Positions 1 through 15,000 of a DNA stretch of 64,000 nt are shown piece by piece. The notes beneath the pieces are model-generated. The model made no database searches and was not told the DNA's origin. It worked only from the letters and a program-made list of their open reading frames with translations. Location of the stretch: the NCBI RefSeq assembly GCF_006345805.1, contig NC_043014.1:21886001-21950000 (forward strand), written 5' to 3'. Both the position numbers and the translations under genes were made by a program. The stretch's first letter is position 1; each line of letters begins with the position of its first letter. Source of the stretch: Octopus sinensis (Eukaryota).

Positions 1-89
1 AAATCTTGAAATGAAGAAATTGAATAAAGAAGAATAAAGAAGGGTTTGTCTGAAGAAAATTGGTGCCACATGAAAGTAGTCATTCAAGT

Positions 90-310
90 GCCAGGTAAAA
101 GTGCCCATGCCAGTGGCACATAAAAGCACCTATCCCAGTGTCACTTAGAAGTGCCCATGCAGGTTATGTGGGTGTCAAATAAAAGTGCCTGTGCTAGTGT
201 CATGTAAAAGTGCCTGAACAGGTGCCATGTAAAAGCATCCAGTACACCATAAAGTTTGGCATTAGGAAGGTCATCCAGATGTAGAAACCATGCCAAAGCA
301 GACAAATTTC
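90..310 (+). mobile_element. Degenerate copy of the modular repeat matching the RTE LINE 3' end (SINE or truncated LINE tail)
   Basis: Repeated gtgcca(t)gtaaaag(t/c)(g/a)cc modules followed by ttggcattaggaaggtcatccagatgtagaaacc, matching 3001-3346. Confidence 0.6.
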
Positions 311-1212
311 ATTGCCTTTCATTTGTGTGTATGTGTATCTATGTGCATGCACAAGTGTGTATTAGTGTGCATGTGTGTGTGTGTGTCACTATTGAAGTCG
401 TTCATGCAACTTGTTTGTGTGTATTGACTTAGTGGTATAGAATTTTTGGAAACTGTATATATGGTGCAAGTTTTGAGTACTTGTCAGTAACTTTTTCACA
501 TCGTTTTCTAATAGTAATTACCCAACTTTCTAGGCTTTTCTCACAGCTATCCTGCATTCAAAAATTATACAGGTATTTAAAAAAATTCTCATTCAATAAA
601 TAATGTTTTTACATTATGTATACATTGATAAAATAAACTGTCGGTTTTCCAAATAGTGAATTAAAACTTAAAAGACAAAGTGAGAGACTTTGCAAATGGA
701 AATGGAATACTCTGCAGTGAATGCAATGAATATTTAAATTTGCTAGAAACTGGAGTTAAAAAAATTCAATAAACTTGAGAATTCAAAATTATAGGAAATT
801 TCTTAGAATATTTCCAGATGGTCAACCCTTTAATAATTGCTTTCTTTTAGTAATTGTTTCATACCTAATTGATAAGCAGTATTCTCCATTATAATATTAT
901 ATATATGTATGTATGTATTTATGTATGTAAGCATGCATGCCTGTACATATACAATTATGTGTTTGCTATTGATGAATGAAGAAATAAAATATCATATCAT
1001 GCCTTTATGTGGAGTTTGGATATGGCTTGAAAAGGGCTACCTCTATTTTTAAGTATTTCAATTACTCATGTAACAAACAATTTGGTCAATGAACAGAGCT
1101 CTGAAACAGTTGCATTCATATATAGAGACCCTGCTGTATGTGTATATTCTTATAATGGCAAGAAAAAAAAACATCTAAGGGCAGTTTTTCAGCTAGTATC
1201 ATATATTTTATT

Positions 1213-1619
1213 TTTTAGTTGTTTCAGTCCTTAGGCTGTACCCATGCTGGAGCACCATCTTGAAGAGTTTACTGACCCCAGTACTTATTATTTTTTGTAA
1301 AGCCTGGTACTTATTCTAACGGTTTCTTTTGCCAAAGCACTATGTTACTAGGATGAAAACACACCAACACCAGTTATCAAGCAGTGGTGGAGGACAAACA
1401 CTGACACAGACACACACCCAAACAGATGTATGCATATGTATATATATATATTTATGTATACATATGACAGGCTTTTTTCAGTTTCTGTCTACCAAATCCA
1501 CTTAAAAGGCTTTGGTCAGCCCAATGCTATTGTAGAAGACACTTCACCAAGGTGCCATGCAGTGTGACTGAACCAGAAACCATATGGTTGTGAAACAAAC
1601 TTCTCACCACACAGCCACA
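1213..1619 (-). mobile_element. tRNA-derived SINE, family D (long, internal microsatellite)
   Basis: Minus strand begins gtggctgtgtggtgagaag...ggttcagtc (A/B-box-like). Same body at 40965-41120 (+) and 54868-55128 (-); 3' halves at 48760-48970, 59595-59760 and 61080-61310. Confidence 0.7.
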
Positions 1620-1639
1620 TTTGCATCTATGCATATGTA

Positions 1640-3346
1640 ACATTTATCTGGTGGTCAATGAGGAAACTAGGGATAGATGAATGGTTATTGAGAGCTGTGC
1701 GAGCCATGTACAGAGACGCTGCAAGTAAGGTGAGGGTTAGCAACGAGTACAGTGAAGAATTCCGGGTAGAGGTTGGGGTCCACCAAGGTTCAGTCCTCAG
1801 TCCCCTCCTATTTATCATAGTCCTCCAGGCAATAACGGAGGAATTCAAGACAGGATGCCCCTGGGAGCTCCTCTATGCTAATGACCTTGCTCTAATTGCT
1901 GAGTCACTATCAGAACTGGAGGAGAAGTTTCAGGTGTGGAAGCAAGGATTAGAATTGAAGGGCCTTAAAATCAACCTAGCCAAAACCAAAGTCCTAATAA
2001 GTAGGAAGGTAGACCAATCACAAACGCCTTCAGGTAGATGGCCCTGCTCAATCTGTAGAAAAGGTGTAGGTAGAAACTCTATAAGGTGCACCAAGTGTAA
2101 GCTATGGACACATAAGAGGTGCAGCAATGTCAAAGGAAGGCTAACTAGGAAAATAGTTTTTGTCTGTGGCAGATGCTCAGGAGCAATAAACACTGAAAAT
2201 GTGCAGAGACCAACTTCTACCATGTTCCAGGGAGAAAAACTAGAAGTAGGTGATAGCTTCCGCTACCTAGGTGACCAAGTCAGTAGTGGGGGTGGGGTAC
2301 TGCTAGAGTAAGAATAGCCTGGGCAAAGTTCAGAGAGCTCTTACCTCTGCTGGTGACAAAAGGCCTCTCGCTCAGAGTAAAAGGCAGACTGTATGATGCA
2401 TGTGTACGAATAGCCATGCTACATGGTAGTGAAACATGGGCTGTGACTGCTGAGGACATGCGTAAGCTCACAAGAAATGAAGCCAGTATGCTCCGATGGA
2501 TGTGTAATGTCAGTGTTCATAATCGACAGAGTGTAAGTACCTTGGGAGAAAAGTTGGACCTAAGAAGCATCAGTTGTGGTGTGCAAGAGAGACGTTTGCG
2601 CTGGTATGGTCATGTCACGAGAATGGCTGAAGATAGTTGTGTGCAAAAGTGCCATACCCTAGCGGTTGAGAGAACCTGCGGAAGCGGTAGACCCAGGAAA
2701 ACCTGGGACGAGTTGGTGAAGCATGACCTTCGAACTTTAGGTCTCACCAAGGAAATGACTAGAGACCGAGACCTATGGAAGTATGCTGTGCGTGAGAAGA
2801 CCCGGCAAGACTAGTGAGACCATAACCCATGGCCTCTACCTGGTATGTAGCCAGTCGACTTATACATACCTTTCCTTCTTGGGACACAAAACTCCACTTG
2901 TGAAGACCCATTGAGGCAAGTGAAATCAAAATCAAAATCAAGATCAAACCAAATCAAATCAGATATCAGAAAGCAGAACCAAAATCAAAGTTGATCAACA
3001 TCAATGGAAATTGCAGCTGTGATACCAGTGCCGGTGACAAGTAAGCGAACCATCCGATCGTGGCCGTTGCCAGCGCCGCCCCGATTGGCCTCCATGCCAG
3101 TGGCATGTAAAAAGCACCATCTGTCCGTGGCCGTTTGCCAGCTCCGTCTGGCACCTGTGCGGGTGGCATGTAAAAAGCACCCACTACACTCACGGAGTGG
3201 TTGGCGTTACGAAGGGCATCCAGCCGTAGAAACACTGCCAGATCAGACTGGGCCTGATGCAGCCTTCTGGCTTCACAGACCCCAGTTGAACCATCCAACC
3301 CATGCTAGCATGGAAAGCGGACGCTAAATGATGATGATGATGATGA
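1640..3346 (+). mobile_element. 5'-truncated RTE-clade LINE: RT C-terminal half with an embedded PHD-like zinc finger, 3'UTR and (GAT)n tail; inactive
   Basis: ORF 1658-2311 has GVHQGSVLSPLLF and a YADD motif mutated to YAND. Frameshift near 2290, then ORF 2353-2814 with the RTE C-terminus (LYDACVRIAMLHGSETW...RRLRWYGHV...GRPRKTW). Ends in (GAT)n at 3329-3346. Confidence 0.9.
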
Positions 3347-3370
3347 TATATATATATATATATATATATA

Positions 3371-3762
3371 CTAGCAGTATCGCCCTGCGTTGCTTGGGTT
3401 TATTTCGACCCGCTGGAATTGGAATTTTGAAAAGTAAAAAATTTTGCATTATGTAGCTTGTTATTCTCTTGAAGTGAACATTTTTCTCGTTGAAATACAC
3501 CGAAAAGTGGTGACACAGCAGTGAAAAAATCGTAAAAAATAGGAATTTTCATAGAAAAAAAGCACCTTTTTGATGTAAATAATTTTTGGTGTTAACATGG
3601 TCAGATTTGAATTTTATTTTCTACGGAAGGAAGAGCAACCCTTCTTCTATCATACTCTCAATTTTGGTCAACTTGTGCCGCAGGGTCTCGGAGGAGATAG
3701 TGTTAGTTGAAGGTTACCAAACCTGGCGCACACAGACAACTTCAGCTTTATATAGAGAGAGA
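3371..3762 (-). mobile_element. Non-autonomous Helitron-like element
   Basis: On -, starts TC, ends CTAG, lies between A and T, and has a GC-rich imperfect hairpin (cccaagcaacgcaggg) about 10 nt from the 3' end; inserted at a TA microsatellite. Confidence 0.65.
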
Positions 3763-3879
3763 TAACACACATACATTAATACACATACACACACACACAC
3801 ACATGTATGTATGGATGTATGTATGTATATATGTACATCTGTCCACTTCTTGCCATATTTTTATCCTTCACTTCCTACA

Positions 3880-3929
<50 letters not shown>

Positions 3930-3959
3930 TCTTAGCTTACAATTTGTTTCTTTCAACAA

Positions 3960-4439
3960 TTGACAACTGAAGTATGCTCGCAAATTAATACTACGAAAAC
4001 TTAGCGACAGAAAGTAAATTAAAAACCAATTTTAATTTATAAAATATAGAATGGAATGTACTTCGAAAAATCATAGGTAAATTCCAATTGAAGAAATTGT
4101 GTGAGGAGTAAATTGTTATGTATTTATTTGTTTCTGTTTCCTGTGTATTTTTTTGAGTAGTGGTTGAAGGTACACTTGCAAAGAGAAAGTAGGAGAAAGT
4201 GTGGTAATAGAAGGAGTGAAGCAGTTGAAATTAGAGAGGCAAATCGTAAAATATTTAGTTTTCTCGAATTTTTGCTTAATTGGGGGGTCAAATTGAAAAA
4301 ACTTTATATGCCATGACCCAATCGAATCTACTTCGAAAAATCATATGGAAATTCCAATTGAAGAAATTCTATATTGTACAATTGTATTAAAAACAAACTA
4401 TGTGGGAGGCAGAGAAAATCTGCCTTTTATCATAAGAGA
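3960..4439 (-). mobile_element. Possible second Helitron-like fragment
   Basis: Similar terminus (ctgccttttatcataagaga|t), hairpin ggcaga-gaaaa-tctgcc, and an internal direct repeat of about 40 bp (tacttcgaaaaatcata...aaattccaattgaagaaatt) near 4058 and 4329. Confidence 0.35.
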
Positions 4440-4451
4440 TATATATATATA

Positions 4452-4679
4452 GGTGAGCTGGCAGAAACATTAGCATGCCGGGAGAAATGCGCAGCCGTAT
4501 TTCGTCTGCCGTTACGTTCTGAGTTCAAATTCTGCCGAGGTCAACTTTGCTTTTCATCCTTTTGGGGTCGATAAATTAAGTACCAGTTACGCACTGGGGT
4601 CAATGTAATTGACTTAATCCGTTTGTCTGTCCTTGTTTGTCCCCTCTGTGTTTAGCCCCTTGTGGGTAGTAAAGAAATA
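4452..4679 (+). mobile_element. tRNA-derived SINE, family A (central domain possibly Meta-like)
   Basis: B-box-like gagttcaaattc, then gcctttcatcctt..ggggtcgataaattaagtaccag and a conserved 3' tail. Similar copies at 6326-6549 (-), 16608-16760, 56255-56407, 57856-58070 and 63741-63966. Confidence 0.75.
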
Positions 4680-4699
4680 TATATATATATATATGTGGC

Positions 4700-5035
4700 A
4701 TGCAGTAAGCACCATTCATGCACAGGACATTGCCAGTGCTGCCTGACTGGCTCCTCGTGCCAGTGGAATGTAAAAAGCACCATCCGAATGTGGTCGATGC
4801 CAGTCCCCTACCCTGACTGGCTCCTGTGCCAGTAGCACAAAAAAGCACCATCCGAACATGGCCAATGCCAGTGCTGCCTGACTGGCTCCCATGCTGGTGG
4901 TACGTAAAAAGCAGCCACTACATTTTGGAGTGGTTGGCGTTAGGAAGGGCATCCAGCTGTAGAAATATTGCCAGATCAGATCGGAGCCTGGTGCAACCTC
5001 CTGGCTTGCCAGTCCCCAGTCAAACTGTCCAAAAT
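4700..5035 (+). mobile_element. SINE or LINE-tail copy sharing the RTE 3' end, with 3-4 tandem modules
   Basis: Modules ending taaaaagcacc, then ggagtggttggcgttaggaagggcatccagctgtagaaa as at 3195-3240; another copy at 20432-20585. Confidence 0.7.
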
Positions 5036-5149
5036 GACGAAATATCAATGTTTATTGCTCCTGAATGGGACTAGATGTGAGTTATCTCACTTGTCTATGA
5101 CTTCCAGGTGATTTGACAACAGGCAAATTGATGAGAATATATTCTCTTA

Positions 5150-5400
5150 TGTGGAGGCGTGTGGCTTACTGGTTAGGGTGACAATCGTAAGATTGTGGTT
5201 TCGATTCCTGGACTGGGTGACGCGTTGTGTTCTTGAGCAAAACACTTCATTTCATGTTACTCCAGTCCACTCAGCTGGCAAAAATGAGTAACGCTGCAAT
5301 GGACTGGTGTCCCGTCCAGCTGGGGAACATATATGCCATTGAAACCAGGAAACTGGGCCCATGAGGCTGGCTAGGCTTTAAAAGGGTGCATTTATTTTTT
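5150..5400 (+). mobile_element. tRNA-derived SINE, family C (V-SINE-like core)
   Basis: tggcttactggttag...ggtttcgattcc head and gatggactggtgtcccgtccag core; related copies at 6650-6880 (+), 56978-57310 (+) and 49190-49350 (-). Confidence 0.6.
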
Positions 5401-6325
5401 CATTATATTCTCTTACACATATAAGTACAGCCTACCCACAAACTAGCAAAACCTTGTGTAAGTATGTTTGATGTTTATTTCCCTCAAGTTGCTTCTCATC
5501 ATATTTGAACAATATATCATTGCTATTATGTTAAACTGTTGTCTGTTCAAATTTGGCCAAATGCATTTTTTAATATTTATTTTTGCTTGCAATAGCTGGT
5601 TCTTTTGGTCAAACTATCGTACCTCCAGTGCTTCAGATAAGATATCAAAGTGTAGTACAATGGTTTTGCTATAGAATGGCAAAACTATTTTTTTTGTTTT
5701 CCGAAAAAGCAACGTTTTGGACTTACGACACTTTTGCATAATAGCAACAATATAATATTTTACACACACACACACACATAATTACTAAATTTGTTAATAT
5801 ATGCTCCTAAAAGTATTAATAATAATTAAAATTACAAATTCTCTTATTAAGTTTGTGTAATAAAGAAGTTAGTATAATAGATTCTAAAGATAGAGTCCAT
5901 TTTTGTAAACCCTTTACTCCCAACCTCTCTCCTTTACCACCACCATTTCTATTTAAACATACATGACTTGTTTTCTTCGGTATCTAATTATGTCCTCCAC
6001 CTTGCCTGTTTGTATGAATATATTTTGGTGACACTCCTGCGATCGTATACTTGTATGCATGCAATGTTATGAGCGCTGATTACATCTAAGTGTGTTCCTC
6101 TGTGTGTGTGTGGACTATGTATTTTTCATTTATTGAATGCCATGCTTTTAAGAGTAAGTTTTTATACATTTTTTGCCGCTCTATCTTTCTTTCTTTTTTT
6201 CTCTCGCATCCTAATAGGCTTTTGTACCATCCCTACTTCCTCTCTCCCTCACTCTTGTCTTTCCACATTTAATTCAATAAACTTTCTCCCTTCCTTCCCC
6301 TGTTCTCTCATCCTCCTTCCCTTCT

Positions 6326-6549
6326 TATTTCTTTACTGCTCACTAGGGGCTACACAGAGGGGACAAATAAGGACAGACAAACGGATTAAGTTGATTACAT
6401 CAACCCCAGTGCGTAACTGGTACTTATTTAATTGCCCCGAAAGGATTAAAAGGCAAAGTCAACCATGGCGGAATTTGAACTCAGAACGTAACGGCAGATG
6501 AAATACCGCTAAGTATTTCGCCCGGCGTGTTCTGCCAGCTCGCCACCTT
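6326..6549 (-). mobile_element. SINE family A copy
   Basis: Reverse complement aligns by eye with 4452-4679. Confidence 0.75.
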
Positions 6550-6980
6550 ACCCCACCTGTCGGATAGGTTGTACCTGTAAATAAAACATATAAAAGGTTT
6601 AGCTCTATCACAGAATATCACACTAATTTGACCTGAGAATTAACTTAAGTGGAGATGTATGGCTTAGTCGTTAAGGTGTTGGATTCATGATCATAAAATT
6701 GTGGTTTCGATTCCTGGACTGGGCAGAGTGTTGTGTTGTTGAGCAAAACACTTCATTTCATGTTGCTGCAGTCCACTCAGCTGGCAAGCGATGGACTGGC
6801 ATCCCGTCTAGGGATGGGGTGGGAAGTATATATGCCATAGAAACCAGAAAACTGGCCCTATGAGAGTCTGTGTGGCTTGTAAGAAGCTTAGACGTATCTC
6901 TGGAATACTCAACCCTTAATCGTTTGACAGAATATGTAATGGTTGGAAATTGTTTTCGGTTCCTATGTAGTCCATGAATA

Positions 6981-7546
6981 TATTGAGTTGTCCAGAAAGT
7001 TTGTGTCAATTTATAGTAGCTTACCTTTTGACTTAATTTCGAACATGGTTGAGTCCATAAAATAGGATTTGACTACACCTCCATTTAGAGCACAGTTTAA
7101 GCTATCTTTTCGTGGAAGATTTATGTTCCTATAACCTGTGTTAATTCTCTATCCTTTTAAAATGGAAGATAGAAAGTTCATTTTCGGCACTTGATGCTTT
7201 GGGAACAAGACAAAAATTGCTGCAACTCGACTGGGATGTGTTACCCAAACCTCCATATTCACCAGATATTGCTCCTTCGGATTTCCACTTATTCAGGTCT
7301 CTGCAGGATAGTCTTAATGGTAAAAATTTCAATTCTTTGGATGACGTAAAAAGATACCTTGATGAATTCTTTGCCATGAAACCACCTCAATTCTGGGAAG
7401 AGGGTATTTTCAAGTTAAAGGAAAGATGAAGACGCATTATGCAACAAAATGGTAAATATTTGGTTGATTAAAAATGTAATGGCAAGTATTTATTGACCTT
7501 TTGCATTCCTTTAAAAATTGGCATGAACTTTCCGGACAACCCAATA
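6981..7546 (+). mobile_element. Internally deleted mariner (DD34D-type) transposon
   Basis: TIRs tattgagttgtccagaaagtt and aactttccggacaacccaata with TA ends; ORF 7199-7429 has the mariner C-terminus (PYSPDIAPSDFHLFRSL). Confidence 0.9.
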
Positions 7547-7805
7547 CATAAACCCCCTCTGGGTCATTCCATCCATGACTTGGCGGGACATCGCAGATGT
7601 AACAGCCAGGTGGTGGGAGGCTGCACTGGCTGAGAAAACTTGAGCAATGTGAAATCATGTACTTTGTTTAAAGGATGTGTTGCCTGGTCTAGGTATCGAA
7701 CACACAAATTGTATGATTCTAAGCCCAATATTCTCATCACTGCTGTATATAAATATATAGGTTTGGTAATGTATGTCTTTACACATATCTGTGATGCTTT
7801 ATTTG

Positions 7806-9970
7806 GGTTAATGTTGACATCATAATCAGGAAACGAGATTGAAAAAAATAATGCAACGGGTGTTAAAAAAAGTGTAGGAAATGAATATGAAAACAAAAAT
7901 GCCTGGAAGCAACAGGGGTGGGGAGTGGTCTTCGGAAAATTCACAAGGTCCGATGTTTTTCCCCGCATAACTTTTAGGAAAATAGGTTTCTTTAATGAAA
8001 TTTTATATAAACACCTTTCAAATAGTATAGATTATGATTATAAAGAAATTTGTGGGGAAAAGTTTTTCCGAGGGGGTGAAGAGAGGACTTTGGAAAATTC
8101 CCAAGATCTGATGTTTTTCCCTCATAACTTTGAGGAAAATATAATCCTCTTGAAATCACAAATTAGGCTTTTCCTCAGGAACTTGGATGCTAAACATCCC
8201 TTTAAAGAGTTCGGGTCCTCACTTCTACTATATATATATATATATATATAATGTTTTATTTTAAAAACCAAAGGAAATAACCCTTTTGCTCTTGGAAGGG
8301 ATCCTTATATATAGCCAAGGGAAATTACTCATTCATTTTCCAAAATTATTTGGTAAAAATGAAATTGAATATGCTTATTTCTTAGTATTTAAATGGTTAG
8401 TGTTATTTTTGCAATTTATCCAGTACAACCCTTAAACAAGTAAATAGTAATTTTCTAAACAATAGATCCACTTATTTCGGTTAGTGACATATTCACGAAT
8501 ATACCAACACTAGTGCCCCCGAGGGTAATATTCTCTGAGAACACACAAAAGCTCTTTTCAGAGTTATTTACTTTGAGTTGTTATTATCTCATATCTGATT
8601 AGCCTGTTATGACATAATATGCTTCATGATTTTAGTATACATACCTTATTAGTATTTCCTCTTATGTTCTATATACTCTGGGAACGCATTAAAGCCCTTT
8701 TTGAGGCTACTTTATTTGAATTCTTGCTATCAGGTAACTAATTTCATGTTATTACACAACTAACTTCACAATTTGTGCATTCATAACTTATTGGGAATTC
8801 CAGAAAACAAGATCCTGTGTAAGACAGTTCAGTATTCTCTGTAAATGCCCAAAAATCGTTTTTTGTTGTTATTGGATTAGTGAAACAATTATGAGAACGG
8901 AACCAAGGGATAAGCCCCACTTTCCCAAGAATTACTGGGTACGTCAGCTAGTATATATATATGCACACACACATATATATGAAATCACTCACTCGCTACA
9001 CAAAGTATATTACATGAAAGATGTGTCTCTCTCTCCCTCTCTCCACACAAAATTGAAATGTATTAGTTTACCCGATTAAAATTTTGGCATGAAAAATTGC
9101 TAAAAGAAAGTGAAAACATTGGATACCATTTGAAAACTAGTAATTTTTAAGGGGTATGTAAAAGATATTTTGTTTTGTTATAATACTTTGTTTCACACAC
9201 ACACACAAACACTAACATGGTTTTTATAAGGATTTTGTATCTCTCTCCCCTGTCCAGACTTTGTTACCACTAATTTTTATAAAGGTGCACTTGTAAAAAT
9301 TTAATGAAATTTTAAAGAAAGAAACAACCCCCATTTTCCAGACAAAAGTGTTTTGTGGAATATTAGGTCACTGTAATTCATTCATCGGAAAAAGAAAAAT
9401 ATTTTCCAATAATTTTAGCCCCCCCCCCCACTTTTCCCAAAGAAAAATAAGTGGTTTGCAGCACATTAGACATCCATAATGCATGCCCTTTAAAAGGTAT
9501 TTATATACAATTTCATTAATTGTATATCCATTTTCCTGAAAGTTATGAGGGAAAAACTTAGATCTTGAGAATCTTGTGAATTTTCTGAAGTCCTCTCCCC
9601 ACTCCGTTGCTTTCGTTTTCAACGTGGGTGTGAAGTAGAAAGATATCCGTTTTCCTCAAAGTTACGAAGGAAAAACGTCGGATCTTGTGAATTTTCCGAA
9701 ATCTTCTCCCCACAAATTTATTCATAATTATAATCTATACCGTTTGAAAGGTATTTATATAAAATTTTATCGAAAAAGGAACATTTTCCTAAAAGTTATG
9801 CTGGGAAAAACATCGGATCTTGTGAATTTTCCGAAGGCCTCTCCCCATCCCCCTTTGCTTTCCGGGCATTTTTGTTTTCATATTCATTTCCTACACCTTT
9901 TTTTTTCTTTTACACCCGTTGCATTATTTTTTTTCGATTTCGTTTCCGGGTAATAATGTCAACATTAACC
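7806..9970. mobile_element. Foldback-type element with long modular imperfect TIRs
   Basis: 7806-8140 is the reverse complement of about 9640-9970 (ggttaatgttgacat...atgtcaacattaacc). A module of about 50 bp (ggaaaattcacaagatccgatgtttttcc) occurs twice in the left arm and three times in the right. Confidence 0.75.
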
Positions 9971-10149
9971 TTTGTTTTAATTGTTCTTCCATAGACATGT
10001 TTTATAGCCGTATGCATTCACAAATACATGCATGCGTGGATACTTCAGTGTTTATCTGCCCATGATTTCGTATCAGAATAAGCGTTTCACTGTTCCTATC
10101 TCTTCCTCTCATCAAATTTGAAATCGGTTAGCGTTCCCTTTATTTTTCC

Positions 10150-12088
<1,939 letters not shown>

Positions 12089-15000
12089 TGAAATTTAATG
12101 CTTGTAATTAAACGCATAAACTATCAGAATACTCTACAATAGATTTATTTATGATTGTTTGTATTTTACATAATATTCCCTATAAGATGTAAGAATCGTC
12201 CATTTCTCTGTATGTGTGTGTATATATATAATATATATATATATGTGTGTGTCTTCATGCCTATAGTTTTTCACAGTTCAAATGCAAGATAACTCATCTT
12301 CCGGTCTCATCCCTCCATCAATTATTTTCTGCCTGAGACATGTCTAGCTAAAACCATAATTATTGTAATATTTCTTCTGTCAGTGGTCCACCATCGACGA
12401 TGGAGGTAAATATATGTAATGTGTGTAATTGCTTTTTACAGATGTTCGTTAATCTCAGCTATTTTACCATGTCTTTATCTAGGCTGGAATTCACTCCATT
12501 TAAAATACGCACACACAGACATAAATCTCAGCTATCCGTGTACGTATGTGTGTGGGTGGTTAATGTCATGTTTGTTGATGAATTCTGATTTGAGAACTTT
12601 ATCCTATACTCCATCCAGTCTTAAACATGCACATGTTAGTAATATAATTTTTTGGCTCACCGATTTAAATATACATTCCTCACTTTGGCAATTCATAAGT
12701 GTGGAAATGAGATTGTGTAGACGTGCAATGTCTTTCTCAAGGGCATTAGTAACTGACAGTAAATCGGGTAAATTGTTAAACAACGACGAAACTGGTCAGT
12801 TCGATCCCCGTTTTAAATTGTTGCAAAGATCCTCGTGGTCCTAATTTCACTGCTAGATTTAAATGCATTGTACACACGTGTGTATGTGTGTGTGGTATGT
12901 AAACCGCATCCCTCTTCTTCCCTTCCCAATTCATGTCGACTTCAAACCAGCCATGATTGAACATCAAAAGCCATGTGGTGTGTTCAGTTGAAAATAATTT
13001 AAGCATAGGTTAAAAAATATACATACTTGTGTGTGTGTGTGTATATATATATATAGCACACGTATACCACTACTTTTTATCTATGAACTCACTGAACCCA
13101 TTCACAATTAGTAAGCTTCATACTACGTCTCTTAGTGTCTCTTCCGCCCAGACACCACCAGCCATAAATCACCTGAGCCATGTGCCATTCTTTATATAAA
13201 ATTTGTATTGTGATGTCTTTTGTATTCAGTTTTAAGTTAAAATAATGAACCTCGAAACGAGCTTCTGATACAATAGACATTCAAAAAGAACATTTAAACG
13301 ATGCTTTGAGTTAAAATTAGATAGATTTACGTTATAACAAAGAATTATCTAGACTAGACATGATGAGAATACATATTTTTAGTTAACGCTTTCTCCATGT
13401 TCTTAAATTTTAGAGATATCTAAGAACAGGATAACGCAAAATTTATATTCACTAGGATAGTCTTGTTATATTGTAAATTTTATTCAATACAGCATTTGTG
13501 TTCATTGAGTATTTAAGTTTAGACATTAATTCACCGTAAACTACTATGAGTTTCCCCGTTTCAATATATTTTTAATTCGGTTTTAGTCATGTGTGTATGA
13601 TGAATTCTTTGTAAATTTCTATGTCAGCTTACATACACCAAATAAATATCAATGTTTTGTGACTATTCATAGCAATTGAAATCATGATTTTACGTTATCG
13701 TTTTAAGTGTGGAAAGGGTAATCCGACGCTCAAATGTCCATATTGTTGATCTATGTAGCATGGAGATTTAGGAATCATCATCTAAAGATTTTGTACTGGC
13801 ATATAGTTGTGATACCCGTTTTTAACACTTTTGGAAGTTAGAGCGGATTAGGTTTATTCGGGATCGATTTAATATTTCATTGTTCCAGGGATAAAGTAAA
13901 TTACGAGTCAAGTAATAGATGTTTGGAAATCTGTATCTTTGTATACTATAGTAGAATCTCCACTTGTTTAGAAAGGGCACTGGTGATAGAGCGGGAAACA
14001 AAATGCCATACATTTCGTTGTATTTCTCTATTTTCTTATTTCGAATCCCGCCAAAATCAGGACTGTACCTCCTATGCTCTGATTGTCAAATACTGATGTC
14101 GGTATAACCGACAATAGCTGTCTTCCATAAATGCTCGATTTTGTACTGTCTTGTTAGAAATCGATATGAATGAAAATATAATCCTGCAACATTTGTACAA
14201 AATTTAATATGCCTTCTAAAATATTTTCATCGATGTCTCCCCATGTCTCACTTCCTCCACCCTCTTGAGTGTGCACAAAAACTACTCAAACTGAAAATAG
14301 TTACGTAGTCTGTTTATTGGGAAGCTGAAATTTCAAATGTTCGATTCTCACCTTCGGACGTGTATGTATGTACACACACACACACATATACACGTACACG
14401 AGGAAGTGATGGGGAGATAGTTGTCTGTCTGTATGTTATATACACACACGCGCACAACATTCATATTCACTTTTTTTACAGCTTGAGAAAAGCATTTTCA
14501 TTCAATAAAATATGCGAATAATTAACTTGGATATATTTAGAACCAAAGAATTTTTAGTCTTGACAGGGTTATTTAGGCGCAAATTTCTCTGCGGACATCT
14601 CACAACAGAAGCAACCTTAGGTAACGGAAGGAAACCAATTTCTTTGGACAAACCGCTAAAAATTCAAGACTTATAAAAGAGTTTATTGGTTATAGTCTAC
14701 CAGCTATTCTAACTATTCTCTCACATTAATCATCTCCATATTGGCAATGTGAAACCACCACGTGACCTGACATATTAATTGTCTCTCTTGAATCACCTGC
14801 TTCTTTCTCCTTCCTCCTACCATTTTCTACACCTTTATTGTTCTTACTTTCTCCCCCTCCAATCAAATTATTATCTCCCACCTTGAATCTTGCTACTCCA
14901 ATCATATTCTTTACTGTCACCACATCCACTCACTGTACTCAATTTCGTCTTCCTCTTAACAAAAGCCATCATCACTAGAAGAACCAGCTTCCATATGGTG

